Part shown: piece after piece, positions 46,355-60,425 of the stretch
Numbering within the stretch: position 1 is the stretch's first letter
How the letters are laid out: each line of letters begins with the position of its first letter
Assembly (NCBI GenBank): GCA_965603825.1
Contig: CBFDEM010000002.1
Location: 1-64,000, forward strand
Direction of reading: 5' to 3'
Length of the DNA: 64,000 nt
Source of the DNA: Blepharisma stoltei ATCC 30299
Lineage: Eukaryota; Protista; Ciliophora
Position numbers and translations under genes: made by a program
Notes under the pieces: model-generated
Told to the model about the DNA's origin: nothing
Databases searched by the model: none
Seen by the model: only the letters and a program-made list of their open reading frames with translations

Positions 46355-47602
46355 ATGCCGAAAGATGGCGACAAATTAGAGGACTCAATCAGAGATGAGT
46401 TGACACAGCCATGCTTGGAAACAAGCATAGTCCTTTTTGCAAATACGTCATCTGGTAGTACCAAAGCACGAGAATACATTAATTTAAATTCAGAACTACA
46501 TTCCATAGCTACAAAGAACGGAACTGTTGATCTATATATCTACCACCTAAACGATGAAAATAGCAAACGAAATGGAGCATTGAGATGCTTATTTCTCTTA
46601 GAAAAAGTTGAAAGACTTAAAGTCATGGCTGCAGGTGGAGATGGGACTTTAATTTATGTAATGGAAACCCTCCTATCCTTCAATGTAAACATATCATCAA
46701 TTGATTTTGGTATATTACCATTTGGGACAGGTAATGATCTAGCATCAATGCTTGGCTGGGGTAGAGATCCAAAATCTCCCATAGTTGGCAAACATTTCAC
46801 AGGCTTAAAAAATAGTATAGAAAACTGACTTGATGCTGTCCCTATGCATCTTGACATGTGAAACATTGAAATTGATGTTCAAGAAGACGGCTATTTAGAA
46901 AAAATTGCTAAACAGCCAAAAGGATTCACAAGAGAAACAATGAAAAATCCCCAAGGTGAGGACATAAAGTGCTATAAAAGGCTGATGACTAATTACTTCA
47001 GCATTGGCTTAGATGCAAGAATTGGAGTCGGTTTCGACAAAAAAAGAACCAAAAATAAGCACAAAAACAGAATGATTTATTGCTGGGAAGGATTCAAAAA
47101 AATCTTTTGCCTTCCTTCTCCTAAAGTCAAAAAAATAACTACTTCTCTCATAGAAGAAGACTCCAAGCATATTTTCAATAATTTAGATGGACCACAAAAT
47201 TTGCCTCCCGATACTACAGTTTTGTTAGCATTAAACTCAAGAACTTATGGAGGTGGAGACCATTTTGTGTGGGATAAAGCAAAATATAAAGGAAACAAGC
47301 TATGAAATGTTCAAAGCCCAAGGGATGGGCTGCTTGAGTTCATGATCTATAGAGGGAGCTTAGGACTTGGGCTTGAACAGATATTCACTGGTCGTGCTCA
47401 TAAACTGCACCAAAGCCAAGGACCTTTTGAGATAAATTTCAATGACAAGAATAACGAAAACAATAGAATCTATATGCAGATTGATGGAGAGTACTTTTAT
47501 GCAATAAAGCCCAAGCAAGTAAGGATATCCTTATCAGAAATTTCAGTAACTCGGCAAATAAGCGTCTTGGTTAATTCAAAAATAATTAAAAATGTTAAAT
47601 AA
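46355..47602 (+). CDS. Diacylglycerol kinase, catalytic + accessory domains (415 aa)
   Basis: AGGDGT, LPFGTGNDLA..LGWG, LDMW(TGA), NYFSIGLDA, DGLLE and MQIDGE. Confidence 0.93.
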
Positions 47603-47879
47603 TTCATAATAAGGACTTAAAATACAAAAATGCCTTCTCTAAATTAAATAAATAGGATTTCCAAAAGGTAAATCATCTTTAACAGGTAGCATCCATATAT
47701 GAAAAATATAGTTTATCTCAATATAAAATAAAGAGAATCTATGTAAACTCATAAAGAAATAAACTATTTCCGCTCTAATTTAAAACTTATAATTTATTTT
47801 AACAAGCTCTACATTAAAATCATCTTCAGCTATGCCGCATTAAAATTTCTAAACTATTAAGTCATTTTTATGCAATTCA

Positions 47880-49181
47880 TTAAGCCACTCTATGCTTCAT
47901 CATCAATTCTTTTCCAATTTTTGATGATCTAATTGATAGCTCTCTAGGTGGGCGCTTTTTATCCCTTGATTTACGATTCGGAGTTGGTTTTGGAGAAGGA
48001 CTAACATCTTCTCTTGCAACCAAATGCAAAACATTTGCAGGAAATACAGTCTGATGTAGCATCATCAAAATATCAGTTCTCATGCACAAAAGTCCCATCA
48101 ATTGCAAAGTGCTGAAATCATGGAAATCCTTTCAAGGCAGCTTTAATTTAGATAGCTGCTGATTTCTCGTCTCATCCCTCGCAGTTCTCATCATTCTTTT
48201 TACAGTGTAATACACAACATTTTTGCAATCTCTTTCTTGCAAAGCACTTCTTTTGCTTCTGTCTTTTAAAAAGCCTGTTGGAGCAGTTCTATTGTTAGCT
48301 TGCTCGCTATGTACAAGTTCAAAAAACAAGGACCCTGCTAGCCCTTGTTTTGAAATTTGTGGCATCTGCTGATTCTTTAAAAGTTCTTGCTTGGCTGAGT
48401 TTAAGCATTCCTGGAAGAAAAGTTCTAGTTTTCTTTGTTCATTTAGGAAAGCTCCTTGGAGACTTCCTAGATTTTGGCTTTCGTCTCTTATTTTATATAT
48501 ATCTTTTTTAAGGTTTTCAACGTCTTCTATCAAATGATAGCATTCAAGCTGCTGATCCTGGTTCATCAGCTCAAAATGAACGGTTGGGATCTGTGAAAGA
48601 TTGCTTTGAGAGTATTTTGAAAAAATTTGAGGCATTTTTGACTTGAGATTGTCTAAGGATTTTTCTTTTGGCTTTATTTCTTCTAATTGATATGATAATT
48701 TTAAGTTTTCTTTTGATAGTTCTTTTAAGGTCTGTTTTAACTCCATCACTTGTTTTTCTTCTTCTGAGTACTGACTTCTATATTGATTTTCTTGAGCTTT
48801 AAGCTGAGCACTAAATCTTGACAGTGTCTCATATTGATTTGTGTAGCTTTTCATTTGTTCATTAAGTCTGTATACTTCTGGGTTATTTTCAATCTCAAAG
48901 TTGGCTTGGACCAGTTTTTCTTTGAGATTATGAAGCTTGGCTTCTTGCTGGTGGAGATGGTCAAGGTATTTATCTGCTTAGCAGTTACTGTTTAAAATTC
49001 ATTCATTTCGCGAAACGACATCATCAATTATGACGTCTAAATCTTTGTACGCGGTTTGAAGCTCTGTATGAGCTTCTATAATGGGCTTCATCGGATTTTT
49101 TAAAGCTTCTTCTAGTCTTGTTTCTTCAGTATCTCTTTGAGATTTGGACGGTTTTTGAATGCTTTTATAAACTTCTTCCAT
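47880..49181 (-). CDS. Coiled-coil protein; intron 48974-48988
   Basis: MEEVYK start at 49181; three ORF pieces joined by TGA and a 15-nt intron; ends in TAA. Confidence 0.72.
48974..48988 (-). other. 15-nt intron GTAACTGCTAAGCAG
   Basis: In-frame TAA; removal gives WILN-NKYLDH continuity. Confidence 0.8.
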
Positions 49182-50346
49182 TATAAAATTAAATTGGAAT
49201 TTTATAAAATTAGTCCCAGTGTTCCTAATGAAAATTGCGATCATTTACACTTGACTATTTGGTGATTTGCTTATAATATAGAAATGAGAATTAAATAATT
49301 AATTATAAAATATTTATTGGGTTTGTGCATTTCTGAAGAAAACTTTAGCTCTAAAGAAATAACTAGAGTTTATTAGTATTCAAGCAAAATATTTTTCAGC
49401 AGGAATTTCTAAGAATTTTAGTAATATCAATAAAAAATGAATATAAGATAATCCCTTTTTAATGTTTTTTATAATTTATTTACGGATCATATAAGATCGA
49501 AAATCACCATAATGCTTTGCTGTTGGTATGAATTATCTTTAGGACAAACACAATATATCTTATTTTATTTGTTGTGAGTAACAATTCAAAATTGTTCTTG
49601 TCAAAGATATTTTTGACATAATATTTTAAAATAATATGGCCTTTTATTAATTTTATTTATGTATTTGAAAAGCTAAGAAGTGCAGTTGCAATCAATATTT
49701 TGCTCTAATAAATTGCATGAAGCTTAATTTTGTTCAAATTTAATTAATTAATTAATTTTAGTCAAAATTTTATGAAAAATAATTTTGCTGACAATTCTAT
49801 TCTAAGCTCATTTAATATCTCACTGGTAGCAATGAAGTTTATCTCAACTTAATTATGAAATCTAAGAAATCTGATTTATTAGAAATTGATGAATAATAAT
49901 TCTATGCATATATATTTGACCTCAAAATTTAGACTTTTTTCTTTGAAGTATTGAAATCATTTTAATCTCCCTTATTTAGTGTAAGCCTAAGATAATTTAT
50001 TAGGACACTCAATTTTTAAAATAGATGCTTGGCTAAAATTTGAAAATATATATAATCGCTATCTATCATCTCATCAAAAAAAGGAAATAGCCTTAAAATA
50101 TTGTTTTATTTTAACACAAAATATATCCCAGATTAATATTGGTTTTCAATAATAATTTCCTTGAATTTTTAATTAATTTGAAGTTTGCATACTTGGATCT
50201 TTTAAGAAAATTATTCGGACAGCATTTGCTCGCTCATAAGAGTTCTTATTTTCTTTGCCATAAACAAGTAGCTTAATTATTAGGCTCTATAAATTTTATT
50301 TGCATCAATCATCCGCAATTTCAAGAAGACTATAAGTATAAAATAA

Positions 50347-53300
50347 ATGTCTTTATCAGACCCACTACTAGATCCAGATCTAAAAGAAACTCCATTTGAA
50401 AGCCCACTATTCTCATTTGGAGGCATTAAATCTACCTTAAGCATTTCTTCCAGCGTGCTCTCTATAAATGAAGCAGCTGAATGCCTCATCTGCATTGACG
50501 ATATGATATATATCGGCCGCGCTGATGGAAAAATTCGAGCAGTAAACCAAGAACTTACAAATTCCTCCTTATTATCAGGCCACACAGACGCAATTACAAT
50601 TCTAAAATCTACCTATGACAGAAAAAATATCATTTCTGCTTCAAAAGATTCAACATTACGAATATGAAATTTAGAAGGCACAAGAAAAGAAGCCGTTTTA
50701 CAAGGCCATACCCGTAGGGTTACATGTTTTGACGTGACAAACGATAATTTTGTCGTCATATCAGGGTCTTTGGATAAGACTATAAGAATTTGGGATTTCG
50801 AAAAATGCAATGAAAAAGCTGTGCTTGAAGGCCATAGTAAAGGAATTTCATCATTAAAAATTTCGAATAATTGCTGTTTATTAGCTTCTGGGTCAGTAGA
50901 TGGAGAAATTAGGATATGAAATTTGAAAGAGAGAGCTCTAGAAGCGGTTTTAGAAGGGCATTCGGCAAGTGTGAGGCATATGATATTTACTCAAGACAAC
51001 AATTTTATGATTTCTGCTTCAAAGGATGGAACAGTTAGAGTCTGGAATATCAAAATGAGGATCCAAGAGGACTGCTTGAAAGGCCATAAAGGAGAAATTA
51101 CGAGTATGAGTATGACGAATAATGAAAAATTTATAATCACTGCTGCAACTGATCAGCTAGTTATAATTTGGAGCTTTTTAGAAAGAAAAAGGCTTTTTAT
51201 ATTAAAAGGGCATACTGCTGAAGTAAACTGCCTTCAAATTATAAATGACGATAATTTTGTGCTATCAGGATCAAGTGACTCAACTATCAGATTTTGAAAT
51301 ATTTCTAACGGAATCCAAGAAGCTGTCATTGAAAATCAAGAAGATATCCAATCCCTTCACCTCTCCGACAATGGAAATTATATAATCACAAAATCCAGCA
51401 GCGGCTCTCTATTTTTCCATCACATCGGCAAAAGTTTATCAAGTATACTATCAGGCCACACAGACTCTATCTACAGTATGGCCCTCACAAATGACAACAA
51501 ATTTATAATTTCAGGATCCCAAGATAACTCAATAAAAATCTGAAGCATCGAGAAGCCAAAAGAAATCTGCACTTTATTAGGCCACACTGATTATATTTCA
51601 TGTTTAAAAGTTACAAGTGACGATAAATATGTAATTTCTGGGTCTTTTGATAACAATATTATCATTTGGGACTTAGAAACTAAAAAGCAAGTAGCGGTCT
51701 TAAAAGGACATAGAGAAAGCGTTAAATGCCTGGAAATTTCTAATGATAATAAATTGATTATTTCTGGATCCAATGATTTTTCTATAAGAACTTGGGATTT
51801 AGAAAGTGCGTCAAAAGAGGATAATTTGGTAGGGCACGATGGGGCGATAGAATGCTTAAAAATTACAAAGGAAAATCGCTTTATTGTTTCTGGGTCGAAA
51901 GATAACAGTATAAAGATATGGGATTTATTTGAAAAAGTGTTATATGGGACATTGCTGGGACATAAAGGAGCTGTGAAGTGTCTAGTGCTGTCCAGAGATG
52001 ATAAGCTTATAGTATCAGGATCACATGATGCAACTGTCAGGGTGTGGGATTTATATTCTGCTACTCAGATCCATCTTTTATTAGGTCACAAGCAAATGGT
52101 TTTTTGTTTACAGATTTCTGAAGATAATAATTTTGCTGTTTCTGGGTCAGAAGATGATAATGTTATTGTGTGGGACTTGAATAATGGAAAAGCTGCAGCG
52201 ATACTCGAAGGCCACACTGAAGATGTTGTGTGTGTAAAATTCATAAAAAATGATAAATATGTTGTTTCAGGCTCATATGATAAAACAATAAGGATTTGGA
52301 ATATTGAAGAAAGGAGGCAAGAAGCAGTCTTTAAAGGACATGAAGGATATGTAAGCACATTAGAAGTTACAGATGACAGCCAGTATATAATATCAGGCTC
52401 CATAGACACGACCCTAAGAATATGAAGTACAGAAACTTTCTTTGCAGACGACAAGCTTGTCCTTTCTGGCACTGAATCTCCAGTTTTCAGCATAATGTAT
52501 AGTGAAAGAGTGTCCAATGACTCTCTTCCAAGCTCCTATATGGCTTCAATAACTATCTTCCCTATGCGAGTCAACATCCTCCATATCTACTGTTTTTTCA
52601 ATATCCCGTCACATCTCTCTAAAGCTTTAGAATTTCACCCTCCCTTTTTCAGGGATATATTCGGAAAAAGCCCTTTATCTTATGCTTTGGAAAATAAATC
52701 CCACGAATGCATTGATCTCTTATTGATATATATCGTAAATTTGACTGATAAAAATATTTTTTCTCAATGTATCCATGCATTAAGAGATGATATGATTGAT
52801 CTTTTGGCATGTCAGAGCGAATTTATTATTCCTTTATTTAAAGCAATTTTTATTAAAATTGAAGGGAAAAACTTGGTTTATCAAGCAAAACCAAAAGGAG
52901 AGCTTCCTATGATTTTTTTATCACCTTATGCACATGTGAATATTAATGATTTTGTTGTGGAATCTTCAAAAGAGACTTTTAAAGATGAAGTTGCATTGCA
53001 GTTTTGGACGAGCTATTTTAAGTGAAATTTTACTAGTGGTTCTCGCGATAGCTTAATGATCTTACAGGCGATTTCTCAATGCAAAAATCAAGCAATTTAT
53101 AATGCAGGATTTCTTAAAGAGATATTAAAAATGAAATGAAGCAGTGTTCGCTTGTTCTTGGTTCTTCTTTCTATTCTTTACTGTGCAAATATTACAACGC
53201 TAATTGTAATGATGTATTTTGAGCATGTTTCTGTAAGCTATTGCTTCTTAGGGACAAATTTTTTCCTTTTCTTATATGAGCTAATAGGAATTTTCACATA

Positions 53301-53931
53301 TTTTTGCCAATATTTTAAAAATCCTTACAATGTTTTTAACCTTTTGAGGATTTTGCTTAATTTTGGCTGGAGCATATTAGGGATATTTAATTTAGATGAA
53401 AATCCTGCTCTTTATGCAGTTTTTGCGATAAATGTTATTTTTGGCTTGAAATATTTAAGAAGTTTTGACTCAGTAAAAGATTTAAAAGAAACAAGTGATT
53501 GCATTGAGGTAATTAAGCTTATTATTGAGGTAGAAGAACATATATTTTGAAGAAGAAACCGTGGAGAGCGCTTGTATTTACAGAAATGCGATTATTTTGA
53601 AAAAGAAAGACGCAGGGATAAGCTAGAAAATAGCTCAAAAGCAAAAAGAAAAATATTAGGGCTGAGGCATGATATTATAGAAGTCTCAAAAAGGAAAGAA
53701 AACTATAAAGAAGATGTAGAAAAAATTGGCACATATATTATAAAAGAAATTGAGCTGAAAATCAAGTCAGAAATTCAAAAACTTGAAGAAAATGTGGGAA
53801 ATAAAATTCAAGTCTTAGATTCAAGACTATTAAACCTTGAAAACATTATAGAAAATAGAGAAAATATAATTCAAAATCATGAAGAAAAGGTTCATAGCAT
53901 GTTTTCTTCTATATTAGAGAGTATTAAATAA
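50347..53931 (+). CDS. WD40-repeat + ankyrin-like + 4-TM TRP-like protein with C-terminal coiled coil (1194 aa)
   Basis: One frame. About 15 GH..SGS.D..IW repeats, with W encoded by both TGG and TGA. Then GKSPLSYAL, a pre-S1 KW(TGA), and four hydrophobic segments. Confidence 0.85.
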
Positions 53932-55007
53932 TCTTAATTTAATTTAATTAAATAGGGAGTGCGACAGAATTTTATTTTTGATAAGGATTTAAAAGCACAA
54001 AAGACTTTTTAAGTGCACTAGTATTCTTAACAGATTAAGGCAAAAATATTAGCATGGACTTGAGTTTACCATAAATTTATACTTAGAAATAATTTTTTAA
54101 CTTTTAAAATTTTTAGATAAATATATTGATTTATAAATACGTAAAATTAAAAAGTTTTCACTCTTTTATTGAAAGATAATCAGATTTATGCTGATTTCAC
54201 AAAGTCTATAAATTTGTATCTTGTCCGACCTTTCTTCCATATTTCATAAATATCCATTTTTTATAATGCAACTGAAAATGTACTATTTTTCAATTACTAT
54301 CTTATCGATAAAGATAAAGAAGCCATTGCAAAAAGCGCAATAAAATTCATTTGTTTAAGCGAATTTTATGATATATTTTCGAAATTTCATAAAATATCTA
54401 ATTTTATAAAATTGACAGTATGGGCTTTTTCAATATGATTGAAAATGGAATGGATCTTTTAAAAATGGCGACCTTATATATGGACAGCTGTTACATTTTT
54501 GCTGCGATATTCAATTTACATGCGCTGCTGCAAGGAATTAAGGCTTGTTGCTTTACAAAAGATAATTCTTCGAAAGTATAACTTAGGTATCAAGAATTGA
54601 AATAGTATATAAAAAAATGGATATTTATGAATTTAGCAGTTACTTAGCTAAAATAAAAAAACTATTTAAAAGCACATTAAGGCAATCAATATCACTTGCA
54701 ATAGTATTAAGCTTATTATGCAGCTAGATACATGCTTATCGATTATTGCACATACAAAGGCCATTTATCAATAACTACTGCTAAATAAATTAGAATAGCT
54801 AAAATAAGGAATGAAAGTTATATAGTTGTGGGGCAAGTTAATGCTAATATTTAAGTTGTGAAGACGTTTTAAATATCTTTAGTTTTATATAAACTCATAC
54901 TACCACTTGATCTCAATATATTATTAGAAAAAAGAAAGATATTTTGCATAATATTTTATTTTATAATTAATAAAAATAAGAAGTTAGTATATTAATTATT
55001 AAGGCCT

Positions 55008-56492
55008 TTATGAAATAAAATATATAAGAATCAACACCCAAATAGCTATAAAAGCAACTATAGATATCACTAATCCTGCCCATGCCCACCTATCTGAAAA
55101 GAAAAAAATATCATAGCTACTTGGCTTATCTACTAACCTTTTGGTTACCATAGCAAATAATGGTATGTATATCCCTCCTCCTAACAAACAAAGAGACCCA
55201 CTAATATCTGACACAAAGCTTAAATCATACACAACAATTGCTATTAAAACAGGTGGCACTGTTATAGCAAGTCTATAATAAGTCATAGTCCATTCTGGAA
55301 TCTCTTTTTCACCAAAATTTCCATAAGTTAAGGACATAATATTATCAGCCAAATTAATAGCGATAATTGGAAATGCAGAAAGGACATCAACAGCAGGGAG
55401 AATAACAATTAAATAAGCTATAAAATAAGTCCATCATGATCTACCATCACTATCATCTCCTGCTGAATAGTCTCTCCAGTTCAATGTTACCATCTTTTCT
55501 ACTTCATCTGTAGCAAATGGGACAATTAAGCCTAATAAAAGGAAAAAAAAGCTCATTGAAAATAATGCAAAAAGACAAATTTTTTGTATGTTTTGTGCTT
55601 TGTCTTCTACATACTGTGTAGTCGTTGATATTGTACTTTTAAAAAAGGTCGCCATATACACAATAGGCAAGCAAAGCCCTAAATTTAATGGCTTAAATAC
55701 AGTTGCATCTGAATTTATTGATCCATTATCATCAAGTTCAGTATCAGAAAAAATTGAATATAGAGAAGTAACGATCATTGTGGTCATTACAACAATTCTT
55801 ACTATAAAAGACACTATTTGAAAAAAAGTTTGCTCAGTTAACCCCACAATAGCGAGTGGGATTACAATAGATGCATAAATAGCCAAATAAATCCAATAAT
55901 GGAACCTACAGGACTCCCCAAACTCTGGATCATCATAAATGTTACAAGTTCCAGACCCTATAATAGGGATAATTGAAGCTAAAGATGATGAAAAAATTGT
56001 GCAGTAGCCTATTAAAGATGCAGAGCTTGCAATGACAAACATAATCATCAAAATTTGGCCATGTGCTTTTCCTAATAAAATATGGGCCATTTCGCACATA
56101 TCATATCTTCTATTTCCTATTTCAGGATCTAAATTAGATTCAGCTATTAATGACTCAGCTTCTTCACCTTGGTCTTGTTTAATGATGTAATCTTCTTTAC
56201 GAATTGGCTTTAGTAAATCTGATATGGACATTGGCTTTATTTTGTATCCTTTTTCAGCCAGATTTGACAATACTTCCATTCTGCTGAATGATTGTAAGAG
56301 GAGATATAATAAAAGAAAGCTTAGGGATGTGGCAAAAACTTGGGAAAAAATGCCCAGAGTCCATCCAGTTTTTTGATATCCTCATGGTATCCCTAAAACT
56401 CCAGCGCCGACGACTGAGTTAACTGTGATTGCATAGCCAATTAGTCAGTGATGGTTTTTGTTTTCATTTAAAGGCTCCTTTTCTTGACTCAT
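55008..56492 (-). CDS. Amino-acid transporter-like protein (Aa_trans, TMEM104-like; 494 aa)
   Basis: ATG at 56492. NSVVGAGVLGIPW(TGA)GYQKTGW, MVTLNW and LPAVDVLSAFPIIAINLADN; multiple TM segments. Confidence 0.85.
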
Positions 56493-57063
56493 TTTTATCC
56501 GTTTTGATAAAATAAATCGTTCTCAGTTCTAGCTTGAGTTTATTTAAAATGGATTCCATGAGGAATTAAAAGAGGATTGGCACATTTAAAGGAGATTTAT
56601 AGCTCAATGAGTGACTATATTTGGAGGGATAGTATCTTGTTTTATTTTAAATCTATTCCTCTCCTATTAAAGCAAAGCACATTTAATAAACTATGCAAAT
56701 TTTCTGAAATCCTTAATATCTCATTAAAGAATTTAAAGCTTATTGGGCTTTCAAGTTCAAATTTTATTTCAGCCTGTTTATTATCGGATTATTTAAAATA
56801 AAAATTCAAACTATAAAACAGTAAAAGCTATGATTTATCTTTGGTGCAATCATCAATTGTGAAGCAACTTAAAGTATTTAATGAGCCTGATGAAATATGA
56901 AGCCTAGCATTTAATCGTGGAAGATCCAAGCTATTTTTGACTTTATAAAGATTTAAAAAACCACAGATTAATCCCTGTTTATGAAAGAAGATATCGTCTA
57001 AAATATTTATGAAGCATAAATTATAAAAATAATTAATAATAAATTTAGATTAATTTTGAATAA

Positions 57064-59086
57064 TTATACAAGATCTTCTGCGTAAACATATTCAAGCCCA
57101 GTAACTTCTCCTACTATTTTTTCTCGTTGGATTCCACGATTTATCATTTTTTGTTTGATAGTTGTGATGAAATTTGTAGGTTTGCTAGTATCATATAAGC
57201 TGGAGAGCAAGTCGCTGGTTAGAGGTGGATGATTTATTCGTTTTGTCAGTCTTTGCTTGTCTATTTCATTTTTAGTTTTTATTCATTGATTTTCTTGAGA
57301 ATACTCTGTGTTTTTGCTCATTTCAAGCTGCTCTTTTCCACTTTCTCCTAGCAAGTGTTTTATGCTTGATAAGGAGTCTGAGTTTTTATAATCATTATGC
57401 TGTAGCATAGACTCAAAACCATTTAAAATCACCCCTTTTGATTTGTCAATATTTGGCATAGCTTTTATTTTAGGCAAATTTCCTTCTTCTATATCAAGTT
57501 TTTCTTCTGAGTCTCTATTGAATTCTTCCCAAAATTTATCAACAACAGACTGAGTTTTGATGCTACTAGTTCTTGTATTTGACCGTGGTATAGGCTTGAA
57601 ATACTTATTCTCAGCTTTTTCGTATCTTTTTATAGGTAACTTAGCCTCTTCTAATGATTTTTTAGCTGCTGACTCAATTCTTAATTTTTTATGATATTCA
57701 AGCTGATTTACCATTTGATTGTACAATGGCACATTATTTGTTAGCGGAGGAGGTTTTGCTTTGAACTTATTTATTTCAAGTTTTGGCATTTCATTTTTTA
57801 ATTTTTCTTTTGAGTTGCTTGATATTTTTAATAGATTTTGATTTAGGTCAGATTTTTGGGTTATTAATAAAACTTTGTTATGTGGACTAAAAATTTCAGT
57901 TTTTATAGCATTTCTTACTATTTTTTTATCTTTTTTTTGTGACTTTCTAAGCTTATAAGGCTGAGGTAATGAGCTCTTATTTTGTGGAAGGTTGGCTTTA
58001 TTTGGTTTCTGGGGATTATTTTCTATGCTTTTATCCTCATTTTTATGATTCTTTTGACTATCATATTGATCTATAAAATTAATGTAAGATTTTTTTCTCT
58101 CAAAGTCAATCATATCAAGCTTCTCTTTTAAAGTTCTTTTTGGAGCTCCAATTGAACAAAAAAAGTCGATGATATCGTTTCACTTTAAAAATTCCGCTGA
58201 TTCTTTATCAATCCTATTAAGGACATCTTCTACAGACTCTATTTGATTTGTGACTTTATCTTCTCTTGCTTTGAGTTTTAGAAATCCTTGCACTTGGGGA
58301 TCATCAAATAAAGAAAAAATAAATTCTTCCCTTAAAACTCTATCACCATGATTCGGCAAAGCATCAAAAATATTTTTTATAATTTTTAAATATTTGTTAT
58401 CCAGTAATGTTTCTGTTCTTTCTGATATTCATCCTGTCAATTGGCTGTGAGATTTATAAATTAAATCGAAATATTCCATAAACTGCGGAAAGGTGATTTC
58501 TTCATATAAATCACCATCATTTTCTATTATATCTAAAGCTTGTTCGAGATTTAAAAAATTATCCTCTGATATCTGGATTGTATTTGTGTGAAGTATTTTT
58601 ATGATATCTTTATTATTCCTTAATGTATGAAGATAAATGTATTTCTGCACAGTCCCATCGTCAAAAGTATCAGCCTCTTTAAATATATCTTCAAGCAATC
58701 TTTTCTGTTGGTCTAAAAGAACGATATATGGGCCCCATAATTTTTGATTTTCGCTTTGAAGTTTAGCTTTTTCAAGCTCATCATTGGAATTTTGAGACAT
58801 TATGTCATTCAGCAGTCTCTGAGAAATTCTATACTAAATAGTAATTTACATCTGGTGTTTCAGTAAGTTTTTTGAGCTCTTGATCTATTGAAGAAAGCAA
58901 ATTTCTTTCATGGTCGTTTATATAGCCCATTTCATCAGATTTAGGATTTTTAGATGTAAAGATTCTTCTTGACGGTTTAATAGAATTATCATCAGATTTA
59001 GATATTGCTTTTCCCTCGAGTAAAGAAGATTTGTTTTTAGGCAAGGTTGGCTGGAGGCCTCTTTGATAATCTTGAATATAAGACAT
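57064..59086 (-). CDS. EF-hand-like + FAM161/UPF0564-like protein; 16-nt intron 58834-58849
   Basis: Frame continuous after the intron and three TGA to TAA at 57064. FKAKPPP..VPLYNQM resembles FAM161; family call is tentative. Confidence 0.6.
58834..58849 (-). other. 16-nt intron GTAAATTACTATTTAG
   Basis: Removal shifts the 58829-59086 ORF into the frame of 58429-58800. Confidence 0.8.
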
Positions 59087-59522
59087 TATGGGTATTTAGA
59101 ATAATTCTTCTGAGATAAATGCAAATGCAATTTTGTAAAATGTAAAATTACGAAAATGATTTTAAAGCTAACTATATATTATACTCATCACTGATTGCAA
59201 CTACAAAAAAATTATTTCTTGTAAATATAATAATAACCAGGAATTTGTTTTTTATCCTATCATTATTACCTGTGCTATTTATTTCTGTCCTAAGCCAAAT
59301 TTCTTTAATCATTATTTTTTGGCAAATTAAATTTAATTTCTTAATTATATAATAATTCATACTTAAAGCCTTAAAAAATCTATCTAATAGCATATTTTAT
59401 CTGCTTTATCTAATCATACAGTCTCACTCATTATCTAGAAAATTTAAAAAATGTTGGGAATCTCCTAGCAGAAGAATCTAAACGCTTTAACTTAAGCTAA
59501 TTTCGGCAGTTATTAATATAAA

Positions 59523-60335
59523 ATGGAAGAGGAATCGATTTACAACCTAATCCCAAAGGAGTATGTGCCTCCTCCGAAGCCAAAGCGATATAAGTCCAAG
59601 TTTCCACCCGAAGCTCCACCAACATCAAGCACATTTGGGTAATTTCCACGCAGCCTCAAAACAACGTCCAAAGTCCTCGGAAATGTCGCAGGAGATTACG
59701 AGCATTTCGATGGCCCGCATCGTAGCAAAAGCCTATCTGCAAGTTTTGGTAAAGCTAAAGGAACAGTCAAGCCAGACCCTCAAAGTTTCCGTAAAAAAGG
59801 AACTGGAACCATGAAGCTTCCAGAAATCACTAACAAGTTCTCATATACAGCAAGAGATAAAAAGCCACCAATTCCTAAAAAAGACGAAAAGCCAATCCTA
59901 GGCTTAAAAACAGATAAAAATTTCATCGTCGCCAATGCAGTCGAAGTCATCTTAAAAGCCCCAAAAACAATGCCTGAGCCTACAAACCCTCTTAAAAAGA
60001 AAGAATATGGAACAGTGCCTGAATATTTGCATAAGATCAAAGGAGATATTGAAGAAGAATACAGCACTTTAAGACAGTTAAAGAGAGAGCAAGAAGAAGA
60101 GCAGGAAAAACAAAGATATTTGATTTCCCAAGAAGAAGTTAAAGAGCTGAGAGAAGGCTTGAAGAAGAAATGGGAAGCTGTGAATAAAGAATATCAAATG
60201 ATAACCCATATTAGAAAACCAGATACACAAGGACTGAAGAGGAAGAAAGAAAATTGTGAAAAAGAATTAGCACAATTGGAAAAAGATATAGCCGCACTTG
60301 ACAGAGCTTATGTGTTTGTGGACAGCACTGCATAA
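59523..60335 (+). CDS. ENKUR: Enkurin; intron 59639-59653
   Basis: ESIYNLIP..PKRYKSKF, KNFIVANA, YGTVPEYL, GLKKKWEAVNKEYQ and EKELAQLEKDI. Confidence 0.9.
59639..59653 (+). other. 15-nt intron GTAATTTCCACGCAG
   Basis: In-frame TAA; removal yields STFGLKTTSK and joins the downstream ORF. Confidence 0.88.
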
Positions 60336-60425
60336 TTTAATAGGCATTTTGCTCTTATATTTAATAGAAATGGTTAAAATTAAGATAAAGATTACAAAAT
60401 TAACTAAGTTTTAAATAAAACTATA

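Noticed and set aside
49245-50346. Long AT-rich gaps (also 53932-55007 and 61461-62062) as retained IESs or MITEs
   Set aside because: No terminal inverted repeats or interrupted reading frames visible; read data would be needed.
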